From assembly GCA_964016885.1 (NCBI GenBank), contig OZ024741.1, forward strand, positions 148,800,001 to 148,864,000: a stretch of 64,000 bases of DNA, written 5' to 3'. The notes beneath the pieces are model-generated. The model was not told where the DNA came from and made no database searches. It saw nothing but the letters and a program-made list of their open reading frames with translations. This stretch comes from Eledone cirrhosa (Eukaryota). Positions 25,000 through 38,484 of this stretch are shown here, one piece after another. The stretch's first letter is position 1. Every line of letters starts with the position of its first letter. The position numbers and the translations under genes were made by a program.

Positions 25000-27900
25000 A
25001 TCATCATCATCATCGTTTAACGTCCATATTCCACGCTTGCATGGGTTTGGACGGGGGTTTTCCCACTTGAGGCAAGAGTGGTTGTCTTGCTCGCATTAGG
25101 ACTGTCTGGCGGGTTTTCTACGGCTGGATGCCCTTCCTAACACCAACCACATTTACAGTGTGGGGCTGGGAGGTTTTTACCGTGTTGCCTACGCGGCCAC
25201 ATTACAGAGTGGACTGTGTGTTTTTTAGTCGTGACACCTACACGACCTCATTTGTTTCGGGCTGGATGTTGTGACACCAACATAACTTTACATTGATGGG
25301 GTGGTGGGGGTAGTGGGACGGGGGTGTATTTTGATAGAGGTGCCTACAGACTGTAGTAGGTTTCACTTTGTACTTAGGTAAGGCGGGTCTTCTCTATTAC
25401 TGTGTAGTGCCAAAGCTCTCGGTCCAGTGACATTGTCTTAGAGAGGTGTAAGTGTGTGAGGTCGGAATTTATCAAGTCGTCCCAGGTTTTTCTGGGTCTG
25501 CCTACTCCGTGGCTACCGTCTATTTTTATTGCCCTGCACTTTTTTATACAGCTGTCGTCTTTCATGCGCATCACGTGACCATACCAACGTAGTCTTATCT
25601 CGAGTAAACAACATCTGATCCCTCTTATTTCTAATTTCTCCCTTAGTACGTTTATGCTTTGCCATTCACGTATGTTACTATTACACATCCAGCGGAGCAT
25701 GCAAGCTTCGTTTCTCTCCAGTCTGCGTATATCCTCTGCACACAATGCCCAGGTCTCACTGCCATGTAACATTGCTGTTCGTATGCAGGCATCATACAGC
25801 CTGCCTTTCATTTTTAGAGAGAACCCTTTAGCGGCCAATAGTGGTATAAGCTCTCTGAACTTTTTCCATCCCGATCTAACCCTAGCTACTGTACTTTCAG
25901 AGCACCCTCCCCCACTGCTGATTTTATCAACCAGGTAACGGAAGCTGTCCACTATTTCTATAGAACCATCTGTGCAATGGAATGAGTTAGTATTTTGTGG
26001 GCACTTGCTGCTACTTATTGCACCAGAGCACCGGCAACATATAAAATCTATATTCTTAGATAGTTTACCTGTGATCCCACTACATCTTTTATGTACCCAC
26101 ACTTTGCATTTGGGACATAAAATGGAGTTTCTACCTACTCCTTTCCTACACACTGAGCATGGCCATTTCCCAGATGCGACCGGTGTCCTATTTTCCTTTC
26201 TACAAACTAGAACTTTAGTCTTTGACAAGTTAACTTTAAGGCCTTTTGATTCTAGGCCATGCTTCCATGTTTGGAATTTCTTCTCTAGTTCAGCCATTGA
26301 TTCAGCTATGAGCATTAGATCATCTGCATATAGGAGTTCCCATGGGCAGCCGGTCTTGAACGCCTCTGTTATAGCCTGAAGGGCAATCATAAATAGTAGG
26401 GGGCTAAGGAAGGAGCCCTGATGAACACCAACTTTTACCCTAAACTCTTCACTATATTCGTTATTAATTCTAACCTTGCTGACTGTTTCTTTATACATGG
26501 CTTGTATAGCTCTCACAAGCCATTCATCTACACCTAGTTTTCTCAGAGCCCACCAGATAATCGAGCGGGGTACTCTGTCAAAGTCTTTCTCCAAGTCAAC
26601 AAAAGCTAAGTAGAGGGGTTTACTTTTAGCTAGGTACTTCTCCTGTAGTTGTCGTACAATGAAAAGAGCGTCTGTTGTACTTTTACCTGACACAAACCCG
26701 AACTGCATTTCGTCTAGATCAATTTGCTCTCTGATTAGTTGCGCTATTACTTTTTCTGTGACCTTCATGACCTGGTCAATTAATTTAATGCCTCTATAGT
26801 TTCCCCTATCTAGGGCATCACCTTTACCCTTGTAGCAGTTAATGATGATGCTGCTGCGCCAGTCCTTCGGAACGACCCCATTCTATATGACTTGGTTTAC
26901 TATCCGGGTGACCATAGTGTGCCCCACCGTTCCAGATGCTTTCAGCATTTCGACAACAATTTCCGAAGGCCCGGCCGCCTTGCCCTTCTTCATGTCTTTG
27001 ATCGCCTTACTTATTATACTACCTTCAACTTGCACTGCTGGTCCCTCTATTGGGTCGATGTGGGGGAGACTGTCTTTCTCCCAATTATTTTCCTCATTTC
27101 GTAGCCTTTCGTAGTGACACTTCCAAGCTACCTTCTTATCAGCGTCAGTGATGGCAAGTACACCATCATGACAATATCACTGTTTTCCTTGACACATTCC
27201 CTAGCAATCCTGAACACCTCACGTTTTTGGTCCTCACGTCGTAGAACATGCTTGAACTTTCTTTCCTCTGCTTCCCTTCTTGCGAAGTACACTTGTCTCC
27301 TAGCTTCCCTCCTGGCCACTTGATAGTCTTCTCTACTTCCCCCATCTCGCCATGCTTTCCAAGCCTCCTTTTTGACCTTAATTGACCCCTCCACCCTACT
27401 GTTCCACCACCATGTTACTCTCCTCCTGCCTACAGGCCTGCTCCAGCCACAGACTTCGTCTGTCGCCATCAGCAGGTTTGCTTTCAGAAATTCCCACTGT
27501 CCCTCTATATTGTCCGACTCTAAATGCTCTTCCTTACTATCAAAAGCATCAAGTAATATGCTTTTAAATTTATGACTGGCTGTGGGGTCCTTTAACTTCC
27601 ATATTTTTCTCCTGCGGATAGTCCTCTTCTGTTGTCGAATACGTCTCGTCCTGACCTTGAGGTCGCTGATCATGAGGCTATGTTGGGAGGTGCTTTCTTC
27701 ATGGGGGAGGGATTTAGTGTTTACAACAGACACTCTGTCACTTCTTCTGGTAAGGATATAATCTACCTGGCTTGTGTGTTCCCCCGATCTATAGGTAATC
27801 AGGTGATTGTCTCGTTTTTTGAAGTTAGTGTTACGGTTAGTTAGGTTATTTGCGTCACAGAATTCCAGGATTCTGGAATCTTCCTCATTTCTAGTACCAA

Positions 27901-28030
27901 ACCCATAGCCTCCATGGATTCCATCATAGCCGTCACAATGTTGTCCAACGTGACCATTTAGGTCGCCTGCGATAATTATATAGTCACTGTCGGTTATTTG
28001 GGAGGTAGTGAGCATCAGTGCCTCATAGAA
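25000..28030 (-). mobile_element. 5'-truncated RTE-type LINE, lineage A (partial APE endonuclease plus RT)
   Basis: ORFs 27128-28015 (GDLNGHVG, SQVDYIL) and 25374-26768 (YADD). A ~20-bp deletion near 27170 shifts the frame. (GAT)n tail present. Confidence 0.95.
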
Positions 28031-28183
28031 TATATATTATATATATATATATTATATATATATATTATATATATATATATTATATATATATATATATTAT
28101 ATATATATTATATATATATATATATTTTATATATATATATTTTATATATATATATTATATATATATATATATTTTATATATAT

Positions 28184-28216
<33 letters not shown>

Positions 28217-28266
28217 ATATATATATTGTATATATATATACATATATATATACATATTATATATAC

Positions 28267-28344
<78 letters not shown>

Positions 28345-28374
28345 CATATATATATATTTATTATATATATATAT

Positions 28375-28410
<36 letters not shown>

Positions 28411-28418
28411 TATATATA

Positions 28419-28452
<34 letters not shown>

Positions 28453-28475
28453 CATATATATATATTTATTATATA

Positions 28476-28520
<45 letters not shown>

Positions 28521-28759
28521 ATTTATTATATATATATATTTATTATATATATATATATATATATTTTATATATATATATATATATATTATATATATCTAT
28601 ATATATATATATTATATATATATATATTATATATATATTATATATTATATATATTATATATTATATATATTATACATATATATTATATATATATATTATA
28701 TATATTATATATATATATATTATATATATTATATATATATATTATATATATTATATATA

Positions 28760-28802
<43 letters not shown>

Positions 28803-28823
28803 ATATTATATATATATATATTA

Positions 28824-28868
<45 letters not shown>

Positions 28869-29301
28869 TATATATATATATATTATATATATATATATAT
28901 TATATATATAATATATATATTATATATATATATATATATATAATATATATATGTATAATATATATATGTATAATATATATATATATATATATATAATATA
29001 TATATGTATAATATATATATATATAATATATATATATAATATATATATGTATAATATATATATATATAATATATATATATATATATAATATATATATATA
29101 ATATATATATATAATATATATATATAATATATATATGTATAATCTATATATATATATATAATATATATATATATAATATATATATGTATAATATATATAT
29201 GTATAATATATATATGTATAATATATATATATATATATGTATAATATATATATATATGTATAATATATATATATGTATAATATATATGTATAATATATAT
29301 G

Positions 29302-29349
<48 letters not shown>

Positions 29350-29350
29350 A
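28031..29350. repeat. Interrupted (TA)n microsatellite
   Basis: About 1.3 kb of TA with tatta, taata and tgta interruptions. Confidence 0.97.
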
Positions 29351-29352
29351 AT

Positions 29353-29673
29353 GGAAGCACATGGCCATGGCTTAGTGGTTAGAGCATTGGTCTTTCAATC
29401 GAAAGGTTGTGAGCTCAATTCTTGGACCGGGTGAGATGTTGTTTCTTTGACCAAGACACTTTATTTCACATTGTTCCAGTTTACTCAGTTGTAGAAATGA
29501 GATGATAGAGACTGGAAAGTGGTCGTTGAGGTGCCACGGCAAAAAAGCACCCGGCACTCACTGTGAATGAGGTTGGTGTTAGGAAGGGCATCCAGCTGTA
29601 GAAATCAAGCCAGAATCAGTTCCCGTCCCACCCTTGCAAGCAGGGAAAAAGCTGACGTAAAATGAAATGATGA
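29353..29673 (+). mobile_element. tRNA-derived CORE-like SINE with RTE-derived tail
   Basis: A-box tggcttagtgg, a B-box-like segment, a ccttgagcaagacactt-type core, a 3' part shared with the RTE-B 3'UTR, and a (TGA)n end. Confidence 0.85.
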
Positions 29674-29680
29674 ATATATA

Positions 29681-30025
29681 TCATCATTCATCATCATTTC
29701 ATTTTACGTCCACTTTTTCCCTGCTTGCAAGGGTGGGACGGGAACTGATGCTGGCTTGATTTCTACAGCTGGATGCCCTTCCTAACACCAACCTCATTTA
29801 CAGTGAGTGCTGGGTGCTTTTTTGCCATGGCACCTCCACGACCACTTTGCAGTGGAATGATATGGACCCCAGTCCCTATCATCTCATTTCTACAGCTGAG
29901 TAAACTGGAGCAATGTGAAATAAAGTGTCTTGCTCAAGGAAACAACACATCACCCGGTCTAAGAATTGAACTCACAACCTTTCGATTGCAAGGCCAATGC
30001 TCTAACCACTAAGCCATGTCCCTCC
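29681..30025 (-). mobile_element. CORE-like SINE, tail-to-tail with the preceding copy
   Basis: Reverse complement of the same family, separated by ~7 bp of TA. Confidence 0.88.
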
Positions 30026-30117
30026 ATATATATATAATATATATATGTATAATATATATATATATGTATAATATATATATGTGTAATATATATATGTGTA
30101 ATATATATATTACACAT

Positions 30118-32286
30118 AGCAGAGGATAGAAAATTCAAGCATGTTTTGCAACGTGAGGACCAGAAACAAGGTACTCAAGATTGCGAGGCAGTGTGTCAGA
30201 GATAGTTGTGATGTCATTGGAGAGAAGTGTATCCGGAATGATAAAGGTGAGCTTGCCCTCACAAGTGCTGAGAAGAAAGATGCATGGAAGACTCATTATG
30301 ATAGATTACTAAATGAGGAGAATGCATGGGAAGAAGAAACCCTACCCCAAGTAGACCCTATAGAGGGGCCAGCAGTACAAGTCAGCAGCAACGTAGTAAG
30401 TAAGGCAATCAAAGATATGAAGATGGGGAAGTCAACCGGTCCATCGGGAATAGCTGCCGAGATGCTGAAGGCATCTGGGTCTGTAGGTCACACTATAACC
30501 ACACGTATCGTTAACCAGGTAATACTAGAAGGAGCCATACCAAAAGATTGGTGCAGTAGCATCATTGTCAACTGCTACAAAGGTAAAGGCGATGCACTAG
30601 ATAGAGGAAACTATAGAGGTATAAAGTTGATGGACCAGGTCATGAAAGTAACAGAAAGAGTTATAGCACAGTTGATTAGGGACCGGGTGGAAATAGACGA
30701 GATGCAATTTGGGATATACAGGAAGAGGCACCACTGATGCCCTCTTCCTTGTGAGGCAATTACAGGAAAAGTACCTAGCTAAAAGTAAGCGACTCTACTT
30801 GACATTTGTGACCTTGAGAAAGCCTTTAACAGAGTTCCACGTGCTGTAATCTGGTGGGCTCTTAGAAAACTAGGAGTAGATGAATGGCTTGTGAAAGCGG
30901 TACAAGCCATGTATAGGGGAGCAGTCAGCAAAGTTAGGATTAGCAATGAGTATAGCGAGGAATTTAGCGTACAGGTTGGGGTCCACCAGGGCTCTGTTCT
31001 TAGCCCCTCCTGTTCATCATAGTCCTGCAGGCAATAACGGAGGAGTTTAAGACCAGATGCCCATGGGAACTCCTGTATGCTGATGACCTCGCACTCATAG
31101 CTGAATCTATGGTAGAACTAGAGAAGAAATTCCAAACTTGGAAGCAGGGACTAGAAAGAAAGGGTCTCAAAGTCAACATGACAAAGACTAAGGTCCTTGT
31201 AAGTAGACGAGAAAACAGAACCCAGATCCCCTCAGGGAAATGGCCTTGCTCAGTATGTAGGAAAGGTGTAGGTAGGAACTCCATTCTCTGCCCCAAATGC
31301 AAACAATGGGTACACAAGAGATGTAGCGGGATCTCTGGAAGCTTAATTAAGAATGTAGGCTTCACATGCAGCAGCTGTGCCGAGACAGCAAGCAGCAAAC
31401 AGCCACAGGAACCAAATACCACCAATCTCTGGGAGGGCTCTGTAGAAACAGTAGACAGCTTCTGCTACCTAGGTGACCGAATTAGCAGCGGAGGTGGGTG
31501 TTCAGAAAGTACAATAACTAGGGTAAGAACGGGATGGAAGAAGTTTAGGGAACTACTACCACTGCTAGCTGCAAAAGGCTTCTCCCTCAGAATGAAAGGC
31601 AGACTGTATGATGCGTGTATCCGAACAGCAATATGGCATGGTAGTGAGACCTGGGCGCTGAAGGTGGAAGACTTACGTAGATTAGAGAGAAACGAAGCCT
31701 GCATGCTTCGATGGATGTGTAACAGTAATATACGTGAACGACAAAGCATAAAGGAATTGAGGGAGAGACTGAGCATAAGAGGAATCAAATGCTGCGTGCT
31801 GGAGAGGAGGTTGCATTGGTATGGATATGTGATGCGTATGAAGGGTGGCAGCTGCATAAAAAGGTGCAGAGCACTAGAAGTTGATGGAAACCGTGGAGTG
31901 GGGAGACCCAAGATGACCTGGGATGAGGTGATAAAAGCCGGCCTTACCCAATTACACCTCTCAAAGGCAACGACCGTGACTTCAGGCGTCACGCAGTTAT
32001 ACAGAGTACCCGACCTCCCATGGGTACAAGCTGAAGAATATAGACAATATGCCCCCACACCCCCCACCGCAAGGTGGTCGTGGAGGAGCCACGGCAAAAA
32101 AGCACCCAGCACTCAATGTAAATGAGGTTGGTGTTAGGAAGGGCATCCAGCTGTAGAAATCAAGCCAAATCAGTTCCTGTATGAGCAAGGCATGGTCAGC
32201 CGACCAGACACTGCCCACAACAGGACAACACGTCTAACCCATGCTAGCGTGGAAGAACGAATGTAAAACGGTGATGATGATGATGA
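30118..32286 (+). mobile_element. 5'-truncated RTE-type LINE, lineage B
   Basis: ORFs 30141-30737 and 31109-32125 with frameshifts; YADD encoded near 31076; 3'UTR and (GAT)n tail. Confidence 0.95.
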
Positions 32287-32613
32287 CATATATATATGTA
32301 TAATATATATATGTATAACATATATATATATAATATATATATATATACACATATTACATATATATGTGTGTAATATATATATATATATATGTATAATATA
32401 TATATGTAATATATATATATATATATAATATATGTATGTATAATATATGTATGTATAATATATATATGTATAATATATATATCATATATATATATATGTA
32501 TAATATATATTTATTTATAATATATATATGTAATATATATATATCTTTATATATAATATATATATATATATATCTTTATATATAATATATATATATATAT
32601 ATCTTTATATATA

Positions 32614-32645
<32 letters not shown>

Positions 32646-32696
32646 ATATCTATGTAGTTAACAGCTGAGGGAAAAGATTACTATATATATATATAT

Positions 32697-33078
32697 AGGC
32701 ACATGGCTTAGTGGTTAGAGAATTGGGCTTGCAATCGAAAGGTTGTGAGTTCAATTCTCAGACAGGGTGATGTGTTGTTTCCTTGAGCAAGACACTTTAT
32801 TTCACATTGCTCCAGTTTACTCAGCTGTAGAAATGAGATGATAGGACTGGGGTCCCTATCATTCCACTGCAAAGTGGTCATGGAAGTGCCACGGCAAAAA
32901 AGTACCCAGTGCACACTGTAAAGTGGATGTGTAGGCGCCACGGAAAAAAAGCACCCAGCACTCACTGTAAATGAGGTTGGTGTTAGGAAGGGCATCCAGC
33001 TGTAGAAATCAAGCCAGAATCAGTTCCCATCCCACCGTTGCAAGCAGGGAAAAGCGGACGAAAAGTGATGATGATGAT
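32697..33078 (+). mobile_element. CORE-like SINE (long 3' variant)
   Basis: Same family, with a duplicated aaaaagcacccag..cactgtaaa unit. Confidence 0.88.
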
Positions 33079-33106
33079 TATAAATATGTATATGTATATG
33101 TAAAAG

Positions 33107-33285
33107 GTAAACAGAAATAACAACACAATCGGTACAGTATATGAAAGGTTAATGCTTAAAATAGCAGGAAGAGGGTCTTGACGTTTCGGACACTAGCCCT
33201 TCATAAGAAAAAAGAATGAGAAATAAAATAGATTGAAGGGACAGGCGGGTTGGAATTGGAAAAAAATGTCTTTATTTATTTATTT
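33107..33285 (-). mobile_element. Penelope-like terminal fragment with a decayed hammerhead motif
   Basis: The reverse complement of 33178-33208 reads cTTATGA-agggc-tagt-gtcc-GAAA-cgtc. The homolog at 35077-35220 lacks this segment. Confidence 0.5.
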
Positions 33286-33485
33286 NNNNNNNNNNNNNNN
33301 NNNNNNNNNNNNNNNNNNNNNNNNNNNNNNNNNNNNNNNNNNNNNNNNNNNNNNNNNNNNNNNNNNNNNNNNNNNNNNNNNNNNNNNNNNNNNNNNNNNN
33401 NNNNNNNNNNNNNNNNNNNNNNNNNNNNNNNNNNNNNNNNNNNNNNNNNNNNNNNNNNNNNNNNNNNNNNNNNNNNNNNNNNNNN
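33286..33485. other. Assembly gap (200 N)
   Basis: Run of 200 N. Confidence 1.
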
Positions 33486-34715
33486 TATTTATTTATTTAT
33501 TTATTTATTGATATATATATTAATATATATCTATATATATTTATATATATGTATATACATATATATAAATGAATATATAATTAATGAGATTAAATAAACT
33601 ACCCTAAAATTGGCGTTGTTCCCAATCTTTTGAATAAATTTTTAAGCTGGATAAACTTCTATAATAAATATAAGAGCATTTGTAGAATAAGTTTTGAATG
33701 ATTTCTGCTAAATAAGGCTTGGTGAACAATTTTGGTTTTGTTTGCTTTTGATTCTGATTTTATGTGACCGATATGCGTGGCATACTATGTTCTCTTGCGT
33801 CCCTAGATACTCTGTGGAGTGACGAAGATATTCTTGGCGTTTTTAATTTTTAATATTGATATCTGTTGTCTACTCTATGCTTGATCGATAATCATGCAAG
33901 TGAGGCTGGAATGTTATTTTAAATGTTAATGTATATCTCATATATTTTATGTCTATATATATGTATATATGTATGTAAATGTATGTAGGGTGGAATCTTT
34001 TGTAACGCAATGAAGTTTTTCATGAAATATAAGAATCTGTGCAGCATATCACGTAGGTTCACATGTGTGTCTATATTTATCAACTTGAATTTGAGATAAC
34101 CTTCTCTTTTCTCTTTTTTCACGAGAATGCATATATACTTATGTTTGAAATTTTATCTCAGATTTTGCTTATAGACCTAAGAATTTTTAAACTAAGCATG
34201 TGGTCATTTTTTTCACACATTATGGATATGTGTCTCATTCATGAATACTGATATTTACATTATAATACCTAATCCATAAAAATTGATAATTCAAATGGAT
34301 GAGACATAATATATTTTTAATATATTTTAAATATATCATCTTTCTTTCTTTTTCTCCTATACACTGGACGTGATTTATGTGTCGGCTAGTTTAACTGTAT
34401 CCCTTCCCTCCTTAACCTCTCACATATACGATGATCATCTGTCCAAAAGCTGCCTACTATATTTTTTCACTTCCTCAATGTATTTCTCTCTCCCATATCT
34501 CCTTGTCTCTCTATCTCGCTCTGTTGTTTTTCTTTACATACATCTCTTCATCTTCTTTTTTTATTTACATACACCTCTTCATCTTCTTCTTCTCATCTTC
34601 GTTTTTCTTTCTATATAACTATCATAACAGTTTCACTACCAAATCAACTTTTTAAATGGAAGTTGCATTATTAGAAGGTATGTCAATAATTATTTATAAA
34701 ACAGCTTATGTATTG

Positions 34716-34781
34716 TATTTTGTCTGAGGAAGGCATACCATATTTTTAATATGATATCCCAGAAATATATATAACGAAATA
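34716..34781 (+). ncRNA. Type I hammerhead ribozyme in a Penelope-like repeat (~34630-34905)
   Basis: tattttgt-CTGAGGA-...-GAAA-tatata-TA^acgaaata. Homolog of the 24532 motif, with a GC pair where that copy has GU in stem I. Confidence 0.7.
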
Positions 34782-34961
34782 AATATGGTTTTATAAATAT
34801 AGTTTCCATTTGTTTAATATCGTAAACCTACTCCAGAAACTGTTGAGTGCTTTTATATCAGTTATAAAATATTTACTCGTTGTAACCCAACAATCTTAAA
34901 TAAAACATACATATGTATATATATATATTTATATATATCTATATATATTTATATATATGTG

Positions 34962-35010
<49 letters not shown>

Positions 35011-35240
35011 CTATATATCTGTATATGTACATGTACATATATATATCTATATGTACATATATATATATTTATATATGTAAACAGAAATAACAACACAATC
35101 GGTACAGTATATGAAAGAAGTATATTAGGTTAACGCTTGAAATAGCAGAAGAAAGAATGAGAAATAAGATAGATTGAAGGGACGGGTGGGTTGGAATTGG
35201 AAAAAAACGTCTTTATTTATATATATGTATATATATTTTT

Positions 35241-35420
35241 ATAGGAAAAAGTATGACTCCGATGTTTCGACGGCTATTTCTGGACTAGAAATAACCGTCG
35301 AAACGGCTTCAGCTCTTGCCATCGGGGTCACACTTTTTCCTATTGCCCACTCTACTACCGTAAGTATTGAGTACTCTGGTGCATTATGGTCCATCTGGTT
35401 CCTTACCACAATTCCTTTGT
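35241..35420 (+). mobile_element. Nested palindromic mini-element with the GAAA half of a hammerhead and a 3' tail
   Basis: Outer arms ataggaaaaagtatgactccgatg / catcggggtcacactttttcctat; inner arms gtttcgacggctatttct / agaaataaccgtcgaaac. A relative lies at 61509-61572. Confidence 0.6.
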
Positions 35421-35477
35421 TATATATTTATATTTATATATATATATATATTTTGATATATATATATATATATATTT

Positions 35478-35527
<50 letters not shown>

Positions 35528-35597
35528 ATATATATATATATATATATATTGATATATATATATATATTGATATATATATATATATATATATATATTG

Positions 35598-35629
<32 letters not shown>

Positions 35630-35811
35630 TGATATATATATATATATATTTATATTGATATATATATATATATTTATATTGATATATATATATATATTTA
35701 TATTGATATATATATATATATTTATATTGATATATATATATATTGATATATATATATATATTGATATTGATATATATATATATATTGATATATATATATA
35801 TATATATATAT

Positions 35812-35887
<76 letters not shown>

Positions 35888-36756
35888 ATATATATATATA
35901 TATATATAGCGTCAGTCATACAAAAGTGAGTTACAAACGAAACGAAATTTAATTTCGTTTCGTTATTTGTTTTTATATATATATTGATATATATATATAT
36001 ATATTTATATTGATATATATATATATATATATTTATATTGATATATATATATATATTTATATTGATATATATATATATTTATATTGATATATTTATATTG
36101 ATATATATATATATATATATTTATATTGATATATATATATTTATATTGATATATATTTATAAATATATTTATATTGATATATATATATTTATATTGATAT
36201 ACATATATATATATATATATATTTATATTGATATTGATATATGAAAAAGATTATATATATATATGGAGGCACATGGCTTAGTGGTTAGAGCATTGGCCTT
36301 GCAATCGAAAGATTGTGAGTTCAATTCTCAGACCGGGTGATGTGTTGTTTCCTTGAGCAAGGCACTTTAATTCACATTGCTCCAGTTTACTCAGATGTAG
36401 AAATGAGATGATAGGGACTGGAATCCCTATCATTCCACTGCAAAGTGGTCGTGGAGGTGCCACGGCAAAAAAAACACCCAGCACTCACTGTAAATGAGGT
36501 TGGTGTTAGGAAGGGCATCCAGCTGTAGAAATCAAGCAAGAATCAGTTCCCGTCCCACCCTTGCAAGCAGGGAAAAAGCGGACGTAAAATGAAATGATGA
36601 AAATTGATATATATATATATATTTATATTGATATTGATATATATATATATTGATATTGATATATATATATATTTATATTTACATTGATATTGATATATAT
36701 ATATATATATATTTATATTGATATATATTTATATTGATATATATATATATATATAT

Positions 36757-36815
<59 letters not shown>

Positions 36816-36882
36816 TACTTATATATATATATATATTCATACTTATATATATATATATATTTATTTATATATATATATATAT
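35421..36882. repeat. Interrupted (TA)n microsatellite (attgat/attt units), split by a SINE
   Basis: Direct inspection. Confidence 0.95.
36265..36600 (+). mobile_element. CORE-like SINE (short variant)
   Basis: Full length, from ggaggcacatggcttagtgg to gacgtaaaatgaaatgatga. Confidence 0.9.
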
Positions 36883-38401
36883 ATCATCATCATCATCATC
36901 ATCATCGTTTAACGTCCATGTTCCAGGCTTGCATGGGTTTGGACGGGAGTTTTCCCACTTGAGGCAAGAGTGGTTGTCTTGCTCGCATAGGACTGTCTGG
37001 CGGGTTTTCTACAGCTGGATGCCCTTCCTAACAGCAACCACATTTACAGTGTGGGACTGGGAGGTTTTTACCGTGTTGCCTACACGGCCACATTACAGCA
37101 TGGACTGTGTGTTTTTTTTGTTGTGAAACCTACATGATCTCATTTGTTTCGGCCTGGATGTTGTGGCACCAACATAACTTTACATTGAAAGGGGTGGGGT
37201 GGGGGTGGTGGGACGGGGGTGTATTTTGTTAGAGATGCCTACTGACTGTAGTAGGTTTTACTTTGTATTTAGGTAAGGCGGGTCTTCTCTATTACTGAGT
37301 GCCGCCAAAGATCTCAGTCCAGTGACATTGTCTTGGAGAGGTGTAAGTGTGTGAGGTCGGAGTTTATCAGGTCGTTCCAGGTTTTTCTGGGTCTGCCTAC
37401 TCCATGGCTACCGTCTATCTTTATTGCCCTGCACTTTTTTATACAGCTGTCGTCTTTCATGCGCATCACGTGACCATACCAACGTAGCCTTCTCTCGAGT
37501 AAACAACATCTGATCCCTCTTATTTCTAATTTTTCTCTTAGTTTGTTTATGCTTTGCCGTTCGCGTATATTACTATTACACATCCAGCGGAGCATGCAAG
37601 CTTCGTTCCTCTCTAGTCTGCATATATCCTCTGCACACAATGCCCAGGTCTCACTGCCATGCAACATTGCTGTTTGTATGCAGGCATCATACAGCCTGCC
37701 TTTCATTTTTAGGGAGAACCCTTTAGCGGCTAATAGTGGTATAAGCTCTCTGAACTTTTTCCATCCTGTTCTGACTCTAGCTACTGTACTTTCAGAGCAC
37801 CCTCCCCCACTGCTGATTTTGTCACCCAGGTAACGGAAGCTGTCCACTATTTCTATAGAGCCCTCTGCGCAATTGAAAGAGTTAGTATTTTGTGGGCACT
37901 CGCTGCTACTTATTGCACCAGAGCACCGGCCACATGTAAAATCTATGTTCTTAGTTAGCTTACCTATGATCCCACTACATCTTTTATGCACCCATACTTT
38001 GCATTTGGGACATAAAATGGAGTTTCTACCTACGCCTTTCCTACACACTGAGCATGGCCATTTCCCGGAAGGGACCGCCGCCTTATTTTCTTTCCTACAA
38101 ACTAGAACTTTAGTCTTAGCCAGGTTAATTTTAAGGCCAGGTTGATTCTAGGCCGTGCTTCCATGTTTGGAATTTCTTCTCTAGCTCGGCCATTGATTCA
38201 GCTATGAGCGTTAGATAATCTGCGTATAGGAGTTCCCATGGGCAGCCGGTCTTGAACTCCACTGTTATAGCCTGAAGGGCAATAATAAATAGTAGGGGGC
38301 TAAGAACAGAGCCCTGATCAACACCGAGTTTTACGCTAAACTCTTCACTATATTTGTTGTTAATTCTAACCTTGCTGACTGTTTCTTTATACATGGCTTG
38401 T

Positions 38402-38404
<3 letters not shown>
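36883..38404 (-). mobile_element. 5'-truncated RTE-type LINE, lineage A
   Basis: ORFs 38131-38394 (YADY) and 37314-38048, a frameshift near 38140, and a (GAT)n tail. Confidence 0.95.
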
Positions 38405-38460
<56 letters not shown>

Positions 38461-38484
38461 TATTTATACATATATATTTATATT

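Noticed and set aside
24445-38404. Haplotype duplication across the N gap
   Set aside because: The shared elements on either side are not colinear and are too diverged.
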